A stretch of 52,315 nt of DNA from a virus (lineage: Duplodnaviria; Caudoviricetes). The notes under the pieces are model-generated. The model saw only the letters and a list, made by a program, of their open reading frames with translations, was not told the origin of the DNA and ran no database searches. Of the stretch, positions 46,469 to 52,315 are shown piece after piece. Location: positions 1 to 52,315 of the IMG/VR virus record IMGVR_UViG_3300043174_000068; one strand, given 5' to 3'. The translations under genes and the position numbers were made by a program. Every line of letters starts with the position of its first letter. Within the stretch, counting starts at the first letter, position 1.

Positions 46469-49254
46469 ATTAACCCGCCCTTCTTCATTTGTTCAATAAC
46501 CATATCAGGGGTAATCTTTTTAGTACATTCAAATTGCCTATCTGTACCTTTCTGTCTAGGGCACCAGTTCCATTCGCCTCTATTGAAATTATTATTAACA
46601 TCATTAAAACATCCATGACAAACATCTTCATTTATAACTCTTATAATATTAGAAGAAAACTCTGCTGTTTTCTTACTGAATCCTGAGATCATAACTACAG
46701 GTTTCCTTAATGCCCAAGCTAACCAAGCAGGGCCAGCAGAAACTCCCATGAAGAAATCAGAATGATAAATATTATTCATAGTCTCATTAATAGTAAGACC
46801 AGTCTTTTTTATGACTCTAACTAGATTTGTTTCTTCTTTACTAATAACCATAACTTCATAACCAATTTCTTTTAAATCATCAACAACAGTTTGCCATCCT
46901 TCTAGATAGTTCCAAAATTTACATTGGAATGTTGAAAACTCAGATAGTGTAACATATTTCCCTTCAATTGGTCTCTCTTTAGGAACGAAATCTATATCTG
47001 TAACTATCTCTTTATATTCAAGCCCCAATGTATCTGATGCAACTTGCTGTAATGGGACAGTTCTCCAGTCGACTTTATTCTTCCACATGTTTCCTTCATA
47101 ACACCCAATTGTATATGATGCATATAAATTACCAACTCCAGTTCCAGGTTTTACAAATTCAAGATTAGAATATGTTGGGTGTTTTTCAAATAAGTGATTC
47201 CAAAATGTTGATACTACAACCTTGCACTCATTTTTCTTTCTAAACTCATCTGCATATGGTAACCATGCAATAGTATCGCCAAGAGATTTAGAATCAAAAC
47301 TGATTAAGATCTTTTTGCCTCTAGCATCATATTTATGAGTATATTCTAGTTTACCATTTCGTTTTATAGTAATAGTATAATTTGAAAAATATTTTCTATG
47401 AGGTCTAGTCCAATTATTTGCTCTTAAAGTAGTTTGATGAATACTAGAATTATTGTCTAAATCTAAAACATCAACAAGATAGAAACTAGGATCATCATTA
47501 TCTCCTCTAATTTCTATAAAAGGTCCATCAACAAAATGAGTTGTATAACTTGGTCTACTTCTTAAAGGCTCTCTTACTTTTGTTGAAATACATTTGATTT
47601 CTTCTCCATACCCATTATCATTTAATTGAGATGACTCTACTTTTAATCCCAAACAAGTTAACAACCATTTTAAACTTCCAGCTGTAAACCCACAGTAATG
47701 TGAGTTTCCTGGGTGTGATTGACTACCATAAATTCTGTGAGTATGAAACCATTTTTCTTCATCTTTTGCATTTAACCAAACTTTAACTTCTCTTTCTAGA
47801 TTAGGAACTCTAATCTCAAGCTTACCACCGATCTTTAAAACACGTTTCCATTCTTCTATTACTTCATATACATCATTTATACCAATATGCTCAAAAATAT
47901 GTGAAGCATAAATTTCATCTACATATTCTGATTTGAATGGTAACACCGTAAAGTCAGAACATAAATCTACTTGCCCTGTATTATTAAACCGATCAATATT
48001 AATATAATCAGGACGAATGTCATTACCACAGCCCAAATTGAGTTTAATCTTTTTGCCGCTTGATACTGTTCTAGGAACTTCATGATATTTATTCCTGACT
48101 AGATCATCAATGATTTCTTTCGCCTTTAATGCAGCATTATCCCAAGAGTAAGCTTCACGAATATATTTAGATAGTTTAACAGCTCGATCTCTCAAATGAT
48201 TTTCTTTAGCTGATACCATTACTTTTGCAAGATGATCAAAGTCTGGTTCGCCCCAAACTCCAATATCAAAACCATCTCCTAACATGAAAACATTTTCTGG
48301 TTTCTTAAAACTAGGAACATCAACTAATAATGAGACTCCATCTGCAAATTCCAATTGGCCACTACAGTTGGAACATATAGTTGGAATACCACAAGATATA
48401 GCTTCCATTAATGGAAGATTCCACCCCTCAGATCTTGCACAGCTTAAAAAACAGTCTCCTGCTTGTAACCATTTAGTATATTCATCATCACTAGGAAAAT
48501 GTATTACTTTAATATTTGGATGTTCTAATCCATAATGTTTTAATCTTTCTTCTGTAGAGTTCATTTTATCAACAGGAAATGGATTGTCAGCAGACAAAAC
48601 TAGATAAGTTAATTCATCATCTTTGAATGTATCATAGAATGTTTTAACAATTTCAGTAACAGATTTTCTATAATCCCATCTTCCAAAGAATAAATAAATA
48701 AATGCATTTATTGGAATGTTATATTTTTTACATAATTCCATTCTAACAAAATGACGTTCATTACTAACTAAAGGATAAAATCTTTTTCCATCAACTCCCT
48801 CTGGAACTACTTTGACTCTATTTTCTGGGTATCCTTGTTCTATTGTACATCTACGTTGCCACTCAGTTGGACACCAAAATTGATCATATTGTAAAATTCT
48901 ATTAAAGAATTCTGGAATCTGTTTTGTTGCTTCCCAGACATTATACGCAATCATTGGGCTTTCATATTTATCATAAAAATAATAATGATGACTTTCATTA
49001 AGAACCAGATTAACATATGTAGTATCTTTATCTTTAATAAATGGAGTTCCAATTTTAAACGGATAGTCGTTCCATTTTTGTTCAATCACCATATCATATT
49101 GAGCTTGTGTTAAATACGACAAATCAGGAGTGTAAGTATAATTTCTAACTTTTGTTGGGTAATGCTTATTGAGGTGGGTAAAAAAATTTCTAGAATGATT
49201 GTTATAACCTGTAAAACCAAGAAATGAAGTGTGACCAATTACACCAATTTTCAT
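46465..49254 (-). CDS. Tri-domain enzyme: GT4 glycosyltransferase + class I SAM methyltransferase + TibC/Aah-type autotransporter O-heptosyltransferase-like domain
   Basis: GT4: GRWDYRK and EGWNLPLMEA; MTase: KLNLGCG, SHIFEH, RVLKIGG.LEI.VP; BAHT-like: SLGDTIAWLPY...FRKK, CKFWNY.EGW, FFMGVSAG.AWLAWA..KPVVMISGF, CHGC..WCP..FECTK. Confidence 0.85.
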   Translation of the reverse strand: MKIGVIGHTSFLGFTGYNNHSRNFFTHLNKHYPTKVRNYTYTPDLSYLTQAQYDMVIEQKWNDYPFKIGTPFIKDKDTTYVNLVLNESHHYYFYDKYESPMIAYNVWEATKQIPEFFNRILQYDQFWCPTEWQRRCTIEQGYPENRVKVVPEGVDGKRFYPLVSNERHFVRMELCKKYNIPINAFIYLFFGRWDYRKSVTEIVKTFYDTFKDDELTYLVLSADNPFPVDKMNSTEERLKHYGLEHPNIKVIHFPSDDEYTKWLQAGDCFLSCARSEGWNLPLMEAISCGIPTICSNCSGQLEFADGVSLLVDVPSFKKPENVFMLGDGFDIGVWGEPDFDHLAKVMVSAKENHLRDRAVKLSKYIREAYSWDNAALKAKEIIDDLVRNKYHEVPRTVSSGKKIKLNLGCGNDIRPDYINIDRFNNTGQVDLCSDFTVLPFKSEYVDEIYASHIFEHIGINDVYEVIEEWKRVLKIGGKLEIRVPNLEREVKVWLNAKDEEKWFHTHRIYGSQSHPGNSHYCGFTAGSLKWLLTCLGLKVESSQLNDNGYGEEIKCISTKVREPLRSRPSYTTHFVDGPFIEIRGDNDDPSFYLVDVLDLDNNSSIHQTTLRANNWTRPHRKYFSNYTITIKRNGKLEYTHKYDARGKKILISFDSKSLGDTIAWLPYADEFRKKNECKVVVSTFWNHLFEKHPTYSNLEFVKPGTGVGNLYASYTIGCYEGNMWKNKVDWRTVPLQQVASDTLGLEYKEIVTDIDFVPKERPIEGKYVTLSEFSTFQCKFWNYLEGWQTVVDDLKEIGYEVMVISKEETNLVRVIKKTGLTINETMNNIYHSDFFMGVSAGPAWLAWALRKPVVMISGFSKKTAEFSSNIIRVINEDVCHGCFNDVNNNFNRGEWNWCPRQKGTDRQFECTKKITPDMVIEQMKKGGLI

Positions 49255-49283
49255 ATTAGTAAACCTTTCGCGTGTATTTACAA

Positions 49284-49294
49284 TTTGTTCTTAA
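49284..49294 (-). promoter_or_regulatory. Putative late promoter motif (TTAAGAACAAA)
   Basis: One mismatch to consensus; upstream of the glycosyltransferase operon. Confidence 0.55.
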
Positions 49295-49296
49295 TA

Positions 49297-49680
49297 TTAT
49301 TTTATTAAACCTTTTCTATATCTAATCCAAGTATACCAACCAAAAACACATACTGTATAATACATAGTATATCGTTTAAGTTTATTAACTTTTAAAACCT
49401 CCATTGCTTCTAAAAAGATTTTATCACTTTTGAATTTACTATATAAACCTGTTCTATATAAATAATCATGAACTACAGCAGCTTTTCCGTGCTCATCAAT
49501 AGGGGAAATTATTGGCCAAAATATTCGCGGAACACTCGCAAAGTCTGTTACGAATCCTATTGGGATATAGATGATTGTTTTACTAGGGTATTCTCCAACA
49601 TGATATTCAAAAGGTTTGTAAACTCTCCATTTGTTTTTTCCAATTAATTCTCCGACAAATGGTTGTGTAAATTGACTCAT
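49297..49680 (-). CDS. DUF1353-family protein
   Basis: IP.GFVTDFASVPR.FW, AAVVHDYLY, D.IFLEAM. Confidence 0.9.
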   Translation of the reverse strand: MSQFTQPFVGELIGKNKWRVYKPFEYHVGEYPSKTIIYIPIGFVTDFASVPRIFWPIISPIDEHGKAAVVHDYLYRTGLYSKFKSDKIFLEAMEVLKVNKLKRYTMYYTVCVFGWYTWIRYRKGLIK

Positions 49681-50261
49681 ACTAGATCTTGTTTAGTTGT
49701 ACACACTCTGTCTTTAGATTTAGGAGATAATATAAAATCTCTTAATGAATGAATCATAGTTCTATCCTTTTCAATAACTCCCATATAATATGCTCTTATT
49801 GACTCATCAGTTGCTTTCGCTTGTGTAATCTGAGATATTCCTATACTAAAAGTCATATTATAAGAATGATTGATACACATATTAAACCATCTAACTAATT
49901 GTGTATCTCCATTAGGAAGAAGTATATCATTCACAACTTCTTTATATTTCTCTTCTTTTTGTTCTTCACAAATTTTAACCATAGCATGAATTTGTTTAAC
50001 TAAGTCTCTATTTGATTCTGGAATGAAATCTAACCAACAACGTTCTATAAGTTCACTTTCATCTTTAAAACCAAGAGTAACAGCTAAACTCCAATTACAC
50101 AACTTTATTGTCATTTCTTTATCTAAAATTAAGACATACATATTCGCATAATTTAACATATCCCAAATAGCTTTTTTCAAACTCAAAGATTCACTTTTAT
50201 ATTTATTTAATTCACTTCTTAGTTCTTCAATTTCTTTTTGAACTTTATTATCCATTATCAT
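49677..50261 (-). CDS. Stand-alone PAS-domain protein with coiled-coil N-terminus
   Basis: VLILD....I...N......LGF...ELI...W.DFIP and NG....VRW.N......SIG PAS pattern. Confidence 0.75.
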   Translation of the reverse strand: MIMDNKVQKEIEELRSELNKYKSESLSLKKAIWDMLNYANMYVLILDKEMTIKLCNWSLAVTLGFKDESELIERCWLDFIPESNRDLVKQIHAMVKICEEQKEEKYKEVVNDILLPNGDTQLVRWFNMCINHSYNMTFSIGISQITQAKATDESIRAYYMGVIEKDRTMIHSLRDFILSPKSKDRVCTTKQDLV

Positions 50262-50269
50262 TCCCCCAT

Positions 50270-50782
50270 TTAACCACCAACAATATTAACTGATAATTTA
50301 ATAGCAACTTTTTGTAGTAGAGTAAGAATTTGTTTTGCATTATCGTTATGTGAATAAACAAAATAAAACAAACCAAGAATACTACAAACAATACTTCCTA
50401 AAGCAACATATGCACCATACATATTATTTTTAAGTGATTCATGCTGTTTTGTATTTTCAATATTTACAGAATTTTGATTTTCTATTATTTTATCTAATTT
50501 TTCAGAAACTGTTTCTTCTAATCCTGAACATGTATCTTGTAACATATCATGACCATCTTTAGTAGTCTTTGTCCATATATCAATTCTATCAATAATAGCA
50601 TTCATTCTATCGCATAATTGAGTTTGCTTAGTTGTTAATACTTCTTGTTTATTAATTATTTTGTCTTGATTATCCATTAACTGTTTTTGTTGCTCTACTA
50701 TAGTGGCATTTAACGTAATCATATTTTTGTAACTTTCCATCAGGAGGTATAGATCGTCTTTATTTAGACCTTTTTCATCCAT
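50270..50782 (-). CDS. Coiled-coil protein with C-terminal TM helix
   Basis: Heptad-rich body; YVALGSIVCSILGLFYFVY. Confidence 0.75.
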   Translation of the reverse strand: MDEKGLNKDDLYLLMESYKNMITLNATIVEQQKQLMDNQDKIINKQEVLTTKQTQLCDRMNAIIDRIDIWTKTTKDGHDMLQDTCSGLEETVSEKLDKIIENQNSVNIENTKQHESLKNNMYGAYVALGSIVCSILGLFYFVYSHNDNAKQILTLLQKVAIKLSVNIVGG

Positions 50783-50828
50783 GAATAAATCCTCATTTGA
50801 ATATTTTTAAAAGTTAACAAAAGATATA

Positions 50829-50841
50829 TATATATATTAAT
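50829..50841 (+). promoter_or_regulatory. TATATATATTAAT motif facing the 3' end of the SET gene
   Basis: Exact 13-mer, but the downstream TGA is replaced by TAA and there is no + strand ORF. Confidence 0.4.
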
Positions 50842-50843
50842 AA

Positions 50844-51464
50844 CTAATCAGAGGTTTTTATTTTTGTTTTTACTTTTATTTTTGGGCCACTATGCTTCAA
50901 TAATGCTAAATAAGTTTCTTGATCAGCTCTTGGATTAGTTTTTCCAAATACAGTTTCATTTCCTTGATTTAATATTCCTTGTTCATCTTCATCAATAATA
51001 CTTTCCGCCTCTCCCATTAGAGGATTATAACTAGGCATATTTGATTGATCCGAGTTATCAACTTTTAAAAATACAGTTTTCTTTTTATTTTTATTTGAAT
51101 AGGTATTGGGATCTACTTTTACATCCTCAGTTTTCCATTGTGATACTGGTTGTTCTAAATTTTTATTTACAGTATAATCTAAAGTAATTTCATCCCCTGA
51201 TTTAATTGGTTTTAATGCATAAACCCTATAACATCCATCTTCCTCCTTTTTGGAAATAGCGTTTGGGTTTTGTGAATGATTTAACTTTTTACCAAATTCT
51301 GTAACATATAAATCTCCATTTGTAAGTGAATAAATATGAGTATTAATAAAATCATCTTTTTCAAAATCATCTTTTGAAAACGCACCAACTCCATGTATTG
51401 ACGATTTCTTTATTTCAAAGTTATCATCTGTTTGTATTTGCTCTAGATAATATTTTATTTTCAT
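50844..51464 (-). CDS. SET-domain protein (lysine methyltransferase-like)
   Basis: IKKSSIHGVGAF, LNHSQNPN and ALKPIKSGDEITLDY SET motifs. Confidence 0.9.
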   Translation of the reverse strand: MKIKYYLEQIQTDDNFEIKKSSIHGVGAFSKDDFEKDDFINTHIYSLTNGDLYVTEFGKKLNHSQNPNAISKKEEDGCYRVYALKPIKSGDEITLDYTVNKNLEQPVSQWKTEDVKVDPNTYSNKNKKKTVFLKVDNSDQSNMPSYNPLMGEAESIIDEDEQGILNQGNETVFGKTNPRADQETYLALLKHSGPKIKVKTKIKTSD

Positions 51465-51471
51465 ACAATAA

Positions 51472-51482
51472 TTTGTTCTAAA
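51472..51482 (-). promoter_or_regulatory. Putative late promoter motif TTTAGAACAAA
   Basis: Exact consensus only 7 nt upstream of the SET ATG. Confidence 0.55.
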
Positions 51483-51496
51483 AAAAGGAAAGGGTT

Positions 51497-51901
51497 ATGA
51501 CTATAAAAACATGTAAAGGGTGTGCTACCGGGTCTTGTCTTATTTCACACAATTCTACAAAAAAAGCAAAAATTTGTCCATGCATTAATTGTTTAGTCAA
51601 GGCATCATGTCTTGAACCATGCGAAGATTTTAACTCCATATTGGTTTTAATGTTTCCTAATATAGTAACCTGGAGAAAAAATTATAAAGCATATAGTTTG
51701 AAAAAAGTCTTTTTTCCATGTGGGAATCCAAACAATGCAGATGGTAATATTAGAAAAGGATATTTCGCAATCGGAAGTATAGCTAAAGATTTAAAAGAAA
51801 ATAGACCAGATGTTACTAACTCGTTTGCATTAAAACCAGGCGACTGCCCTTACAACGCAGTATATTTTGAAGAGGACCAAATTATATATATTAATAAATG
51901 A
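51497..51901 (+). CDS. Cys-rich putative metal-binding protein
   Basis: CKGC...C...CPCINCLVKASCLEPC. Confidence 0.7.
   Translation: MTIKTCKGCATGSCLISHNSTKKAKICPCINCLVKASCLEPCEDFNSILVLMFPNIVTWRKNYKAYSLKKVFFPCGNPNNADGNIRKGYFAIGSIAKDLKENRPDVTNSFALKPGDCPYNAVYFEEDQIIYINK
51883..51895 (+). promoter_or_regulatory. Putative early promoter motif TATATATATTAAT(aaa)TGAA
   Basis: Exact 13-mer upstream of a run of tiny ORFs. Confidence 0.6.
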
Positions 51902-51934
51902 AAGCAAACCAATTCAATTACTTTGGAGGGAAAT

Positions 51935-52090
51935 ATGTTAAACTTATATCTTCATATTATGAAAGGAGAAATGATTATAAAGAAAACTATTAACATCAGA
52001 AAGGAATCAGCTCTAATTTTTATTAAAGCGTTAAAAAGCTACAACTGGAAAATCATAAACTATAAAATTATAAAAGAAGGAGTGGTATGA
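51935..52090 (+). CDS. Small hypothetical protein (51 aa, below the ORF-track cutoff)
   Basis: GGAGG RBS; MLNLYLHIMKGEM...KEGVV. Confidence 0.6.
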   Translation: MLNLYLHIMKGEMIIKKTINIRKESALIFIKALKSYNWKIINYKIIKEGVV

Positions 52091-52155
52091 ACAAAATTAT
52101 CGCAGCAATCATTATTATTATTTGCTTTACACTACCATTTATTGCATACTACTAG
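52087..52155 (+). CDS. 22-aa hydrophobic peptide
   Basis: AAGGAG RBS and ATGA overlap; MNKIIAAIIIIICFTLPFIAYY. Confidence 0.55.
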   Translation: MNKIIAAIIIIICFTLPFIAYY

Positions 52156-52163
52156 GAGGGCAA

Positions 52164-52315
52164 ATGATTAACCTAAAGGATTTCATCACATTTGTTGAAG
52201 TCAATGAGTGGGTTCTTCAAACTCTTAAAACTTCGTGCCGTGACCGCCTGGGGGTAATGTTCAGGTTTTATCTAACCCCTCATGTGAACGAGATGTATTC
52301 GCCGGTGAGGTGTTT
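52164..52315 (+). CDS. Hypothetical protein, 3'-truncated by the window edge
   Basis: AGGAGG RBS; MINLKDFITFVEVNEW... open to the end of the window. Confidence 0.65.
   Translation, partial: MINLKDFITFVEVNEWVLQTLKTSCRDRLGVMFRFYLTPHVNEMYSPVRC

Noticed and set aside
1-52315. Stop-codon reassignment (alternative genetic code)
   Set aside because: Core genes are full length in the standard code, coding density is high, and TAA, TAG and TGA all end genes next to terminators or coupled starts
1-52315. Uracil-substituted DNA as in AR9/PBS1, suggested by low GC and the AACA-type late motif
   Set aside because: Cannot be read from sequence, and no diagnostic gene such as a UNG inhibitor or dCTP deaminase was recognised in this window

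Overview
AT-rich segment of a large myovirus (jumbo/T4-superfamily-like tailed phage), read in the standard genetic code with strong GGAGG ribosome-binding sites. 1-4060 (+) holds nucleotide/DNA-metabolism genes: MazG-like, a minimal PolB-like protein, a SAM methyltransferase and a DUF932-like protein. 4130-12967 (+) encodes a baseplate hub, terminase large subunit, an HEXXH protein, tape measure protein and a tube-initiator-like protein. 12954-51464 (mostly -) is a long late region: baseplate wedge, gp25-like, a gp26/gp51-like pair with a probable programmed frameshift, tail tube, tail sheath, holin plus DUF5675, and three mosaic fibre proteins built on proline-free (Gly-Ser/Thr-Ser)n repeats. 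It is interrupted by three + strand accessory islands. Main candidate novel system: directly upstream of the Gly-Ser/Thr fibre genes is an operon encoding a GT4 glycosyltransferase + SAM methyltransferase + TibC/Aah-type (iron-finger) O-heptosyltransferase fusion and a coupled sulfotransferase-like protein, and the virion proteins are enriched in a D-S-T tripeptide. This suggests a phage-encoded virion glycosylation/methylation/sulfation system. Two recurrent intergenic motifs, TTTAGAACAAA (late-type genes) and TATATATATTAAT-N3-TGA (accessory genes), often sit back to back and suggest phage-specific late and early promoters. No tRNA, rRNA, CRISPR array, portal or major capsid gene was recognised. 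All family assignments come from motif recognition by eye; no database search was run.
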